Translations under genes and position numbers: made by a program
Notes under the pieces: model-generated
What the model saw: only the letters and a program-made list of their open reading frames with translations
Databases searched by the model: none
Told to the model about the DNA's origin: nothing
DNA from: the human T2T-CHM13v2.0 reference genome, Homo sapiens
Strand: one strand, 5' to 3'
Assembly (NCBI RefSeq): GCF_009914755.1
Contig: NC_060930.1
DNA length: 64,000 bases
Shown: piece after piece, positions 1 to 16,477 of the stretch
Layout: each line of letters opens with the position of its first letter
Numbering within the stretch: the stretch's first letter is position 1

Positions 1-2446
<2,446 letters not shown>

Positions 2447-2509
2447 CATGATGCTGGCTGGTTATTTTGCACACTTTTTGTTGCAGTTTCTTCATAGTGT
2501 TATTGGTCT

Positions 2510-3536
2510 TGAAATTTTGGTGTGTTTTTGCAGTGGCTAGTACCAGTTTTTCCTTTCCATATTTAGTGCTTCCTTCAGGAGCAAGGCAGGACTGGTGGTA
2601 ACAAAATCCCTCAGCATTTGCTTGTCTGGAAAGGATTTTATTTCTCCTTCACTTATGAAGCTTAGTTTGGCTGGATATGAAATTCTGGGTTGAAAATTCT
2701 TTTCTTTAAGAATGTTCCATATTGGCCCCCAGTCTCTTCTGGCTTGTAGAGTTTCTGCTGAGATGCCTGCTGTTAGTCTAATGGGCTTCCCTTTGTAGGT
2801 CACCTGGCCTTTCTCTCTGGCTGCCCTTAACATTTTTTCCTTCATTTTGACCTTGGAGAACCTGATGATCAAGTGTCTTAGGGTTGCTCTTCTAGAGGAG
2901 TATCTTTATGGTGTTCTCTGTATTTCCTGAATTTGCATGTTGGTCTGTCTTGATAGCTTGGGGAAGTTCTGCTGGATAATATCCTGAAGTGTGTTTTCCA
3001 ACTTGGTTCCATTCCCCTCATCTCCTTCAGGTACTCCAATCAATCATAGGTTTGGTCTTTTTACAAAGTCCCATATTTCTTGGAGGCTTTATTTGTTCCC
3101 TTTCATTCTTTTTTCTCTAATCTTGTCTCTGTGCTTTATTTCAGCAAGGTGGCCTTCAAAGTCTGATATATTTTCTTCTGCTTGGTCGATTCGACTATTA
3201 ATACTTGTGTACGCTTCATGAAGTTCTTGTGCTGTGTTTTTCAGCTCCATCAGGTCATTTATGTTCCTCCCTAAACTGGTTATTCTAGTTAGCAGCTCCT
3301 CTAACCTTTTATCAAGGTTCTTAGCTTCTTTGCATTGGGTTAGAACATGTTCCTTTAGCTCAGCAGAATTTTTTATTACCCATCTTTTGAAACCTACTTC
3401 TGTCAAGTCATCCATTTCATCCTCATCCTGTTCTGTGCCCTTGCTGGAGAGGCGTTGTGATCATTTGGAGGAGAAGAGGCACTCGGGCCTTTGGGGTTTT
3501 CAGTGTTTTTTTTTGTTGTTGTTGATTCTTTCTCAT
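2510..3536 (-). pseudogene. Disrupted L1 ORF1
   Basis: Starts ATGAGAAAGAATCAA on the minus strand at 3536. ORF pieces 3089-3415 (coiled coil) and 2537-2872 (RRM/CTD) are in different frames. End coordinate approximate. Confidence 0.88.
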
Positions 3537-4839
3537 CTTTGTGAGTTTGTCTAGTTTCGATCTTTGAGGCTGCTGACCCTTGGATGGGGTTTTTGTGGGG
3601 ACTTATTTTTGTTGATGCTGTTGTTGTTTTCTCTTTGTGTGTTTGTCTTTCAATGATCAGGTCCCCCTTCTGTAGGGCTGCTGCGGTTTGCTGGGAGTTT
3701 ACTTCAGGGCCCTATTCTTCCAGTTCGCTCCCATGCCTGGAGATATCACTCAAGGAGGCTGGAGAGCAGGATGGGTGCCTGCTCCTTCTTCTGGCATCTC
3801 TGACCTCGAGGGGCACAAACATGATGCCAGAAGGATTGCTTGTGTATAGGGTGTCTGACAACCCCTGTTAGAGTGTCTCACCCAGTTGGGTGGCATGGGG
3901 AACAGGACCCATTTTAATGAAGCACTTTGTCCCTTGGTGGAAGGGGTGTGCTTCACTGGGGGGAAACCCACTCTTCTGGGCTGCCCGGATTCCTCAGAAC
4001 TACCAGGAGGAAAGGCTAAGTCTGCTGGTCCACAGAGACTGTGGCCACTCCTCCCGCTAAGGGCTCAGGCCCAGGGAGATCTGGGTTCTGTCCCTGAGCC
4101 TCTAGCTGGAGTTATTGGAGTTCCTGCAGGGAATCCCCGCCCAGTGAGGAAGGATGTGTCAGAGTCAGGCCTGAGCAGATGCTGTGGCCATAGTCTGCCA
4201 TAGTCGGTGTGTTGGGCTATGGGGGACACCTCTTGGGGACCAAGCCATCCAGCCTCCCTGGCTCCAGCAGGGAAAAATTGCGGCCTGGAGCTATGGAGAT
4301 GGATGCTGCCCTTCCTCTGCCCAGGGAGCTTAGTGCGTTAGGCAGTTATGAGTCCTAGTGCTGGCTGCTGTCCGTCCCCCAAGGAGCTCAGGCAGCCATA
4401 GCTGTGGTGCCGGTTGCCCCTCCCCCGGGAGCTTGGCAGGCTTAGGCATATTCCAGCTGAGAGGCTGTTGAGAATCTGTGCAGCTCCAGGGTTGGGACCC
4501 TAGGCCCTGGTGGTGTGGGTTTGCAAGTGGGATCTTCCGATCCATGGGTTGCACGGTTCCACGGAGAAAGCATGGTAGCATGCTCACTCACTGCCTCCCT
4601 TGGCTGTGGGGTGGGGGCTCCCCTGCCTTGTGTGGCTCTGAAGTGGGCCACCGCACCACACTGCTCTTCCTTCCTCTCTGTGGATCACGTCAGCCACCTA
4701 GTCAGTTCTGATGAGAGAACCTGCATACCTTCGTTGCCAGTGACAGGGAAGGATTCCCACACTAATTATGTTTCTTTTCAATGGGAGCCTCTGATCGCCA
4801 CTGTTTCTAGTTGGTCATCTTGTCCTCGCTTCCCTCTTT

Positions 4840-4950
4840 ATGTTTAAAAGTAGAAGCAATACCTGCTTGTGGGATTGTGATAAGGATTAAGGAGAATGCA
4901 CGTGTTCTGCAGTGCCTGGAACATAGTAGATGCTCAATAAATGATGATTC
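4840..4950 (+). mobile_element. MIR 3' part abutting the L1 5' end
   Basis: AGGATTAA...CAGTGCCTGGAACATAGTAGATGCTCAATAAATG matches the MIR 3' end. Confidence 0.75.
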
Positions 4951-5044
4951 CTACCAGAAATCTATGAGCAGAGACATTGGGATTTATTCTCCATAGCAGC
5001 ATCTCCAAAGGCTGGGTCCTATACCTTAGTTAAAGTCATGAAGA

Positions 5045-5176
5045 TGCTAGGCTTAATACCTGGGTGATGGGTTGATAAGTGCAGCAAACCACCATGGCAC
5101 ACGTTTACCTGTGTAACAAACCTGCATATCCTACACATGTGTCAAATAAAATAAAATAAAATAAATAAAATAAAAT
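5045..5176 (+). mobile_element. Tiny 5'-truncated L1PA 3'-end insertion with (AAAAT)n tail
   Basis: GGTGATGGGTTGATAAGTGCAGCAAACCACCATGGCACACG L1 3'UTR; 12-bp TSD AAGTCATGAAGA at 5033-5044 and 5177-5188. Confidence 0.9.
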
Positions 5177-5928
5177 AAGTCATGAAGAGGCTCCCTTACC
5201 CAAGGTTCCATATAGAGCCAAACAATTCCTTTTGCTTTTTTGTTATGTGTAGTGGTGCAGATTAATAAAATGAGACTATCCTTTATTGTGCTAAAGCCCT
5301 ATCATTCAATGTTTTTAGGAACAACTCTACAAGTCCATTTTGGCTTCTGCATGGAGAGAAGTGTGCTCTTACCTTGTCCTGTGGTAACGATGTCACAGAT
5401 ATTTCTGAGTATAATTTGTGGTTAAAAACCTAGTTTGAGTTTTCCTGTGATTTTCAAGAAAGCATATACACCGTCTATCCCTGCACTTTCACTGGTTAGT
5501 ATTTTAAACATTCCTGATCTGTTTTTACTGAAAATGTACATATATAGGACAGAAATGTAAGATAGGTTTGCTCTCCTACATCTAGTGACAGCCTTTCCAG
5601 TCCTGATTTGCTCCCGATTTTTGACAGTTGAGTTTATTTAAGAAGTGGAAGCACAACTATCAAACTAGCATCTTGCATACATTATTGTAACAGTACAATA
5701 AACAGCTGTTAATAAAGAGTTTCAGAGTAGAGATATCTGATTTTATGATTTACTCTGTAGAACTAATTAGAAAAAGAAATCTTTATTGCCTCATAGTCAT
5801 CTAGCCCCTTCACATTGATGTCTTCTGGCATCTTTTTTCTTCAAATTTTGTGAGTGATAGTGGTCCACATTAGCTCCTGCTCAAGACAGATTAGGACATA
5901 AGTGAAGTTTCTCTTCAATCTCTGCAGC

Positions 5929-5930
5929 GA

Positions 5931-5961
<31 letters not shown>

Positions 5962-5965
5962 TTTT
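5929..5965. repeat. (TA)n followed by a poly-T run
   Basis: Directly visible. Confidence 0.9.
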
Positions 5966-6233
5966 GCCTGCTTCTTACATGTTAGGCCTTCCATGCACAG
6001 GAATTCCAACACTTTTTGGCTGACTAGGCCCACCTGCTAGTTATCAGTTAAAGGGAATAATTTTAAGTTGCCAATGGCTTTACTATGCACTAAATAACTT
6101 CATTAATTTGAGCAAGTCATTTATGTCTTTATCTGTAAAATAATGACATTTGGCTAGATGACATACTGTCAGTCTTTCATGGATTAGGTTTCTATGGAAA
6201 ACATGAGATTATGTCAAGAGCATGAGGGCTTTA

Positions 6234-6549
<316 letters not shown>

Positions 6550-6841
6550 TGAGGGCTTTAAAACATAAGGCTGGAAGGAAGTGATGCTGAGTTTAACTGA
6601 AAGAACAAATTTCGAATGATAGACTACACTGTAAACATTCACAAATGTTTGTGGAACACATACCATATGCATAGCACTGTGTTTTATAGCAGAACACAAA
6701 AAATGCAGCAGACACCATTCTTGTCCTTAAGGAGTTTTCAGTTCAGTCGCAGAGACATGTATACTATAATTTTATGTCATATAATTAAATTAAATTAATA
6801 GCATAATGGAGAGACAATCAGTGTGATGGTTATTTGACATC

Positions 6842-7435
<594 letters not shown>

Positions 7436-7679
7436 TGTCCATTTTAGTTTAGCTAGAGTTCGGTAGGTAATTATAGATGTTTACTGCATCAAAAACAGGA
7501 TCACTTTTAACAGCGAAAACAATACTTGACATAGTTGCCAGTATCCTCTTGGAGATTTAAGGTTGGTTTGTTGCAAGGAAAATACTGTTTCACATGTTCT
7601 CTAGAAACACATTAAAATCTAACAAGTTCTCCATTTTGAATTTCTGGGAAGCAAAGGAGCTGGACTCAAGATAAAAAGA

Positions 7680-8093
7680 CACAGTTTAGGGGCTTAAAAC
7701 AGCCATTTTATTTTGCCCACAATGTTGGATAGGTCAGGAATTTAGGAAGGAGTCACTGTGATCTCTATTCTGCGTGGCTTCATTTGGAGTTGCAGATCAA
7801 TTGGAGGCTCCACTTCCGTGATGGCTTCTTCACTCACATATTTGGCACCTCCATATTCCTTGGTCATTTTTGTCCACATGGTGTCTCATTTTCCAAGGCC
7901 TCTCAATGTGATTTGGGCTAAAGTAGTCTTCCTTTTCCCTGCTGGCTGGACTTTAAGAGATCAGGACAGAAGTAATCCATTCACTTAAAGATTAGGCCCA
8001 GGAATGGGCCATGTCTGGTCAAAGCTGCCAGAGGGAATACTTCCCTTGATGAGAAGAGTGTGAAAAACGTGAGGCCATCTTTAATTTGCCACA
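7680..8093 (-). mobile_element. Old MLT1-family MaLR LTR
   Basis: GCTTAAAACAGCCATTTTATTTTGCCCAC...GGTCAGGAATTT and terminal GGCCATCTTTAATTTGCCACA. Confidence 0.65.
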
Positions 8094-8151
8094 CACTCTT
8101 TGGGGCACATGGTGTGATATGAAATCCTAAAGTCTTGATTTTTTATTTATG

Positions 8152-8154
<3 letters not shown>

Positions 8155-8184
<30 letters not shown>
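8155..8184. repeat. Poly-T tract of about 30 nt
   Basis: Directly visible. Confidence 0.9.
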
Positions 8185-8186
<2 letters not shown>

Positions 8187-8216
8187 GAGTAGGGAGTAAA
8201 TAAGTGGCGAATCCAA

Positions 8217-8330
8217 CCAGCTTTCTCAAAAGTAGACTACTGGCATTTTGAGAGAGACAATTATTTCTGTAGATATGTGCCAAAAGCGATAGGATATTTA
8301 GCATTCCTGGCCAGCACTCACTAAATACCA
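8217..8330. mobile_element. MER20-like hAT fossil, partial
   Basis: CTACTGGCATTTT...TAGGATATTTAGCATTCCTGGCC...CACTAAATACCA; collinear with the element at 25141. Confidence 0.55.
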
Positions 8331-10599
8331 TTTTGCCTTACCTTGTTATTAGACGATACAAAAACATGATCTAAAACATTTCAAAACTACCCCTGCAGGA
8401 GCGGGCAGTGCTTCTCCCAGGCGAAAACCACCAGTTTAATGTCTTAAAATGGCAGATTTCATAGTGAGGTGCTGATGAGGATACTGTTTGGCCAGTTTGG
8501 ACATAGATAATGATAAAATGATTTGTTTCTGCTCCATTCCATTCTAGACAACTCAGACTTCTTACTGAGAGCATCTATGTCCTCTATGTTTCTATCATTG
8601 CAAAATGTTGCAAAGGTATAAATGCATATATTATGCATCCTGTCCACAAGTGGGATATAATGTTATATTAGTCAGTCATCAATAAAAATACTTCATACTA
8701 CTTTCAAAAGGAGAAATATATTCATTTTATAAGGCATTAGAAGACACACACATACCTTGAACCACACAATTCAGATGTGAACACTATTGATGTTTTGATG
8801 TATATCATCGTGATTATTAATATATGTAGCTATATGAAAAGATTTCATATATCTAGTAGATTACATACAGTACTTTGTATTACTCTCTATATAGTACTAT
8901 ATATAGTGCTTTTTGGTAATATACTTTTGTTAATTCTTAAGTCTGGGAAAGCAATATAAAACATTAAGTAATGTGTTAAATATAGCCAAAGGGTAAAGTT
9001 TTACTATGCAGGGGGATGTCAGATGAAGTTACTGTGGAAGGAGGCTTAATCAGGAGCCTGAAGAGTAGAATTAAAATTGACAAGGTTCTGATCAGTTATT
9101 CCATGATCAGAATCAGCATAATATAATTGGAAGACAGTCTAGTTTGTACCTGTGTTATTTTTCTCTAACTTTGGTAAACATCTTATTGTTTTTTTAAAAT
9201 TAGGTTTTACTGTACAAAGCTTTGAATTTGAAAATGGTAATGTTTTTAAGAGCTACAGGGAAATTTGGAGCAGGCGTTTGTTTTTTAAAACACTCTCTTA
9301 AAGATGTCATTAACATTTGCATAGTGTTCTAAATAAACCAACAGCTGGATTCGGTGACAGCTGTGATATATTGATCCTGCATGGAATGGTGGGGTGGGGA
9401 TTTCAGAAGTTGGTGAGTGATAAAATAATGAAAGACACCCTCTAAAGATCACCCATAATTCACAGTAAGATCAAATCCAGAAATTATATTTCTTACCCAA
9501 AGTGAAAGGAATGAGAAAAAGCCTTCTCTTTATTATTCTCAATTTACTGTTACCATGATAAAGGTTAGATAGTCATCACCAACTGCCTTAGCAATAAATA
9601 TTAATATTCTAAACAATATTAACAGATTTACTACTTTTACTCATTATATCAATAACCCAAATTACTAATATATGAATGAAACAATTAAAAACAGTGTAAG
9701 TTACTTGAGGTAAAGGCAGAAACTTAATTTTATTCTCTACTCTTTCCTACCACTCAAAAGTAACTAGTATTTGGTAACTTTGAATGACTGAGTGAATGAA
9801 TGAAAGTCTCCACAATAAGAACTATATTTTCTTATGAAAAATGGTAAGAGAAATAAATGGCATGAGCAAAAAGAAGGAATTACTTCCATAGCAAGTATGA
9901 TTTTTGCCTATAAAAACTGGCCTGTAAAATGCCTTTTTTATACAATTACAACTCGATTGAGTGTAATCTACCCAACAGCAAATCCAGAAAATCTTTATGT
10001 AAACAAAATGAACTTGAGGTTGTTGCCTGCATCTGTCTAGCAAATTAGCTATAACTAGTGTAGCTAAAACTGATGTGAGGCAAGATATTAAAACCAACTA
10101 AAGGATTATTTTGTTATAATTTAAGAGGGTGGGATTGTTATTAAAATTCTTACAATTGTATAAAGAAAAATAGACTGATGAATGAAGAAACAATACATTA
10201 TTTTAAACGGTAACTAGTACAGGGTGAATTACATAACAGGCACTATGTAAACATTTGTTGTTATTGAATGAATGAATGGTCAGTTGGTATTACATTATAA
10301 TGAAAATGGCACAACCTGAAAGAGGCTACTGCAGGTGGTTTCTAAAGGAAATAAGCCTATTAAAATAGTATTTTAAGTTCTTATAAACCTTTCATTAAAC
10401 AATAAACATCATAAAATATACTGGGATAGAATCATAACGATACATAGACCAACACATTCTGGCCAAATAAAAATAACATTGTCTTGGTTAATTGATAATT
10501 CAAATACCTCACTTGAGAAAGTTAACATTGCAAGTAATGTTATTGTACATGGTAGGAATCATGGAAAGAACCACTATTAGGCACTATAATTGTTTTTAA

Positions 10600-10775
10600 A
10601 TTTCACTGGTCAGAAGAAGCAGTTGAGGTACCTATTAAACGTCAAATTTCTTGGCCTCAACACTGAGTGATTCTGATTCAGCAAGTCCAGGTGAGTTTCC
10701 TGAATCTGCATTTGTAACATGCATTTCAGGTGATTTCTAAGCCAGTCATCTGCAATCCGTATTTTGTAAAACAGT
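10600..10775. mobile_element. MER5-like hAT fossil
   Basis: GATTCTGATTCAG...GAATCTGCATTT...CAGGTGATT core. Confidence 0.65.
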
Positions 10776-11099
10776 TCTTGGGATTCCTGCTATTGTGCTC
10801 CCACTCATAAAATTCAAGCCATGAGTAATTAATGGACCTGAAGTTTTGTAATTTTGGGGTGGCATTCTTTCAGGGCCTGCCTTCCAACTGGATCAAATTC
10901 TTCTAAAGTCTGCTGTCTCTAAAATAACTACCTTCACTCACTGAAGACATAATGTTCACAGTAAGACTGGTCTAAAAATTCCATTGTTGTGTCATCTTTA
11001 TTGAGTTTTAATAACCGTGTTATACAAGCCTTTCTTCCCTTCCATACTGTGAAACAGATTAAGTAGCATTAGAATCAGCTGCATTAAAAATTGGGTAAA

Positions 11100-11463
11100 T
11101 GCTGTGGACTGAATGTGTATGCCCTTGCAAAATTATTATGTTGAATTACTAACTCCCAATGTGATGGTATTAGGAGGTGGGGCATTTGGTAAGTAATTAG
11201 GTTATGAGAGCAAAGCCCTTATGAATGGAATTCTTGCCCTTGGAAACTCCAGAGAGTGTGCTTTTCCTCCCATAACTATCTGTAAAGACACAGAGAAAAG
11301 ATGGTTGTCTAGGAGCCGGGAAGTGGGCCCTCACCAGACACCAAATCTGTCGTTGCTTTGATCGTGGGCTTCCCAGCCCCCGGAACTGTGGGAAATAAAT
11401 TTTTGCTGTTTATAAGCCACTCAGTCTGTGGTATTCTGTTATAGCAGCCAAACAAATAGAACA
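11100..11463 (+). mobile_element. MLT1A/MLT1A0 MaLR solo LTR
   Basis: TGCTGTGGACTGAATG start, GGTATTAGGAGGTGGGGC, CCCTCACCAGACACCAAATCTG, AATAAATTT...TTATAGCAGCC end. Confidence 0.9.
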
Positions 11464-11474
11464 AGAAAATATTC

Positions 11475-11750
11475 ACCCCACCAAGAAACCATATGGATCT
11501 GGTGCTTTTTCTAAGGGGGGAGGGCTAGCTCTTTGAGCAATTCCTCTATTTCTTTTATGTGTATTGGAACTCTGATATTTTATCACTTCTAGAGTAAATT
11601 TTAATTTTTGGAAAATTATACATTTTATCCATGTTTTCAAATGTTTTTGTTTGTGTAGGGTTGCATAAATGAGTTTTATATGCTTTAAATGTCTTCCATA
11701 TTGATGGCTATTTCTCCTTCTTTCTTATTTTGTGTATGGCTGATTTTTCA
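11475..11750 (-). mobile_element. Possible ancient L1M ORF2 fragment
   Basis: GAAACCATATGGATCTGGTGCTTTT and TTATCCATGTTTTCAAATG resemble the L1 ORF2 antisense segment also seen at about 1030-1200. Confidence 0.45.
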
Positions 11751-12030
11751 CTTCCCCCACTTCAGTTAGCTTGTAAGTGAGCCATGGAGAAAATGGCAAC
11801 AAATACTTTAAAGAAGATAATTTTTAAAATGAGAATAACAATTTAATTTCTTTAGAAGATGAGAAAGGTACACACTAACATACATATTATATAAATACAA
11901 ATAATATCTGTCATTTTCTCTTCCAGTTTATCTTGTAGTGTCCTTGACGAATGTGACCAGTAGCGTTCTAGTGGATTTACCCCTTATGTATATGGAAGTA
12001 TAGGTAAAAATAATACAATTCTTTTTTCGT

Positions 12031-12110
12031 ATAGGTTGGTACAAAAGTAATTGCAGCTTTACCATTACTTTTAAATGGCAAAAACTAAAATTACTTTTGC
12101 ACCAAGCTAA
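12031..12110. mobile_element. MADE1 (Hsmar1-derived MITE), 80-bp palindrome
   Basis: TAGGTTGGTACAAAAGTAATTGC...AATTACTTTTGCACCAAGCTAA inverted arms with TA flanks. Confidence 0.93.
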
Positions 12111-12193
12111 TAATAGTATATGTTGACTATCGACTGTTTAATTTTTGACATTGATGTGTCAATGTTGATTACATTTTGAATACCTATCAGTTT

Positions 12194-12241
12194 ATATGTA
12201 TATGTATGTGTGTTTGTGTGTGTGTGTGTATATATATATAT
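12194..12241. repeat. Compound (TG)n/(TA)n microsatellite
   Basis: Directly visible. Confidence 0.85.
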
Positions 12242-12475
12242 CTCCATGAATTTTATTAGGTTAAATGTTTTCAAAGGGTAAAATGCTTACAGATTGATAA
12301 AATGCTTTTAACTAGCTGATTGAGAACTGAGATCAGAAAATATTACAGAATGAGATAGAAAGAAAGTCAGCTGCGTTCAATGCATGTGAGTGTCAGATGG
12401 TCATTTGTCCTTGCTGAATCCTCCCTACGTTTTTTATTTGATTGTTATTAGTCAAAATTATGTTGGCTAAGCTGA

Positions 12476-12997
<522 letters not shown>

Positions 12998-13444
12998 ACT
13001 TTTAATTTTTAACTTTTTTTTTTTTTTAGATAGATGAGTTACTCATTTTATTCTAATAGGTATGGTTCTGCTAATCTCATGGGCCTACAAGCTTGTAGAA
13101 GAAAGATGCTTAAGCTTTGGTCTTTTTTGTTTATAAAAGTAAAATTTTCTTTTCTCCAAAGCTCATTTGTAGCACTACAGAGGTTGTTTCCTACCTGTAG
13201 GCAAGTGATAGATGGAAGGCAGAATTCTAATAACTTTTTCAGCACATGTTGACACCCGTGGTCTTTTCTTTCCCTTGAGGGGGTGGGGTGGTGGTAGCTC
13301 TAGTTATGTCCAGAATTGTGATGAAAATGCTCTCTGTCACAGTCGGCACAAGGTGCCCTGCTAGTGCACAATACCTAATGGATAATGACGGGACATATTC
13401 ACACCTTGAAAATGAGGTGGTGAATTTTTTGAATTTTCTTATAG

Positions 13445-13576
13445 AGCTCAGTGCAATGAGAGTCCCCATGGAGATACACGGGTTCAAGATCTGTCCTAGC
13501 AATAGCAGGCGATGACAGAGGGCTCTGTTTCAATATGTTTCGTACAGGAAATCACAGCTTTGGCGTGCTGAAGCTG
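13445..13576 (+). other. Candidate 132-nt exon, possibly 5'UTR or alternative start (ATG at 13535 gives MFRTGNHSFGVLKL)
   Basis: Acceptor TTTTTTGAATTTTCTTATAG, donor CTG|GTAAGT, repeat-free with several retained CpGs. No transcript evidence available. Confidence 0.35.
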
Positions 13577-15384
13577 GTAAGTTTTCATCAGGTATACACT
13601 AGTGGTGTCACAGACTTGTAGAATCTGTCACTCTGAAAGTATTCTGAGAGCCAGAGAATGACTCTTATTCCAGATGACATTGGCATCCCCTGGCATTGAT
13701 AATTAAATGCATGAAGTGAGAACTTCTCTAAAAACAATAAAACAAACAAATATAACTTTGAAGGCACACAAGAAGGTGGTGCTTTTCAGGTTGAGAATGG
13801 AATGAAAGCTTTCAATCTAATTTATAGTCACTCTCACATGACTACACAAATTATAGACAGACAGGTAAAATCAGTATTTGGAGTGGATTTAATCCCGTTC
13901 AAATTCTTTAATAATTGCAGATTAAAAAAAAACACCTACTAGACAACTGAAATTGGGTTTCAGACTGGCATCTAAGGGCTGTTGTTCTCCTGCAAGAAAA
14001 GGTGGAATTGTAAGTCAATTAGTACTCTAGTGAGAATCTGTATTGGAGAACCTTATTAAAAGTGACCCTGATTGTGTAGTTTTAAGTTTCTCCAGGAAGA
14101 CTGTGAGGTGTATTATAATATATGGTGGACCTTGTCCAATATCATTTATGAAAAATGCAGGTAACCCCATTGGTTTGGAGGTTTACATTTTCTCACTGGG
14201 GCACCCAAAGGGCAATTCATCTGCATGGAGTAAGATGAGGGCAGTTGGGACTAGTCCACCTACCCAGTTCCGCCCGAAGTCATCTGGCTTAGGTCAGAGA
14301 TCCATGGCAATTAAACCCTTCCTCCGCTTACTTACTCAGTGAGTCACCGCTTGGCTGAACAGACACAGCCACCTCCTGAGGTCCTGCTGCCTCTAAAGGT
14401 CTGGTCCCCATGCATTGAGAAAAAGGACAGGGTCAGCAAAAGAGGCTCACTTTGGGTCATACTAACCTGGGATCCTAGGAGATGGACACTGGACTTTTAA
14501 AAAATAATAATTTCCTTTCTAATCCTTTCCTCATGCATTTTTTTCTTCTTCTCTAATTTGCCCCAGTTCCTTTCATGATTCTCGAAACAGCTGTTTTCCC
14601 GAACCCCTTGTTAGGGTAAGCCTAACTATCACAGGCCATGTCTCTGTGGTTTAGGGATGGTACATCACTCTTTGAAACTGTTTTCAGGTGTTTTGCCAGA
14701 AGAATTTCAGCCCCTAAATAGGATATTTCATGGAGTCTTATGAAAAGGCTGCTTTACTACCGTGTTGTGAAGCTGTGGGTTTATAGCACTCCTAAATATT
14801 TAGATAGACCATGAAAATGCAGTCAATTAAGAAAAGTGTGATGGGTTTTAATGACCAGGTGGATTCAATTATTCAGCTTCAATTTCCTTTCTCTAGGATG
14901 TAAGTAGGTTTTAAAAAATTTAACTTGGTAAATTAACTCCTTAATTTAAAGGAACTGGTCCTCTGAAGACAGTGTCTGCAATGAAGCTGAGTCCTCTCTC
15001 TCTCCCAGGCCCGAGTGTCTACCTCTAATTTATTCCTGATGAATGACAGCAAGTTCACAGCCTCAGGTACTTTTTCATTCTTTCATTTCTCAAAGCTGCC
15101 TTCTCTTTTCTTTGTGTTTGTCTTAAGGTTCTGTTTGGGCATGCATTGGAGGGCTTTAAGGGTTTCACCTTAAGATCCTTGGATTGGAGCCTTTGATTTG
15201 AGTTCCTGCTGAAGATCACCCAGGAGTCAGCAGTCCTGCTGTGAGCAGCATCATTTAGTGGAGGCTGGGCCCATCCTGACCCCTAGCAGTACCATGGGGA
15301 TAGCTTAGGCAAGTGTGTGTGCTCAGAGACACACCTTGAAGCTCTATGGTGGCTTGCAACTCCAGAGTTTACTTTTTGGCTTTA

Positions 15385-15723
<339 letters not shown>

Positions 15724-16105
15724 TCACACTATTTCACCCATTTTTAAAATAATGATCAGTTGGAAACCACAGACATCAGTGGAGTTTGTAAACAAATGGA
15801 GAATGAGGTCATTTGTTTACTCATGTTCCTCCTTACTAGCCTTCAGGTTTTGGTCTGTGGGGTTTTGGAATGGGGTTGTAAAAGTACAAGAGCCACCGGG
15901 CCTATGGGTTGTCCATGCTAGATATTAAGGCTTTTCTGAGCTAGAGTGCTAAGATTTTAAGCAATTATTTTCTTTTTAACCTAATGATAAATGTGAAAGA
16001 GAAAAAGGAAATTTGTTTGCTTTTTCAATTCTAGAAGTATCACCTATGGATCTACAGGCTCCTGTCTTTTAGGATATAGACAATGGGCTTAGAACCTAAG
16101 GGGAC

Positions 16106-16477
16106 TGATAATGGCTTGGCTTTGTGTTCCTACCCAAATCTCATCTTGAATAGTAATCCCCAGATGTGGTCCCCAGAGGGACCTGGTGAGAGGTGATTGG
16201 ATCATGGGGGCGGTTTCCCCCATGTTGTTCTCATGGCAGTCAGTGAATTCTCACGAGATCTGATGGTTTTATAAGGGGCTCTTCCCCCTTCGCTCTCTCT
16301 CTTTTTCCTGCTGCTTTGTGATAGAAGTTACTTGCTTCTCCTTCCCCTTCCATCATGATTGTAAGTTTTCTGAGGCCTCCCCAGCCATGCAGAACTGAGT
16401 CAATTAAACCTCTTTTCTTCATAAATTACCCACTCTTGGGTATGTCTTTAATAGCAGTGTGAAAATGGACTAATACA
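16106..16477 (+). mobile_element. THE1 (C/D-like) MaLR solo LTR
   Basis: TGATA...GGACTAATACA termini, CCCAAATCTCATCTTGAA motif, 5-bp TSD GGGAC at 16101-16105 and 16478-16482. Confidence 0.95.

Noticed and set aside
3537-4836. L1 antisense promoter or ORF0 firing into the window
   Set aside because: These are described for younger L1PA 5'UTRs. This UTR is an older, CpG-decayed type and I cannot identify the elements.
13278-13296. G-rich run as a G-quadruplex
   Set aside because: Only two runs of three or more G; at best a weak two-tier structure.
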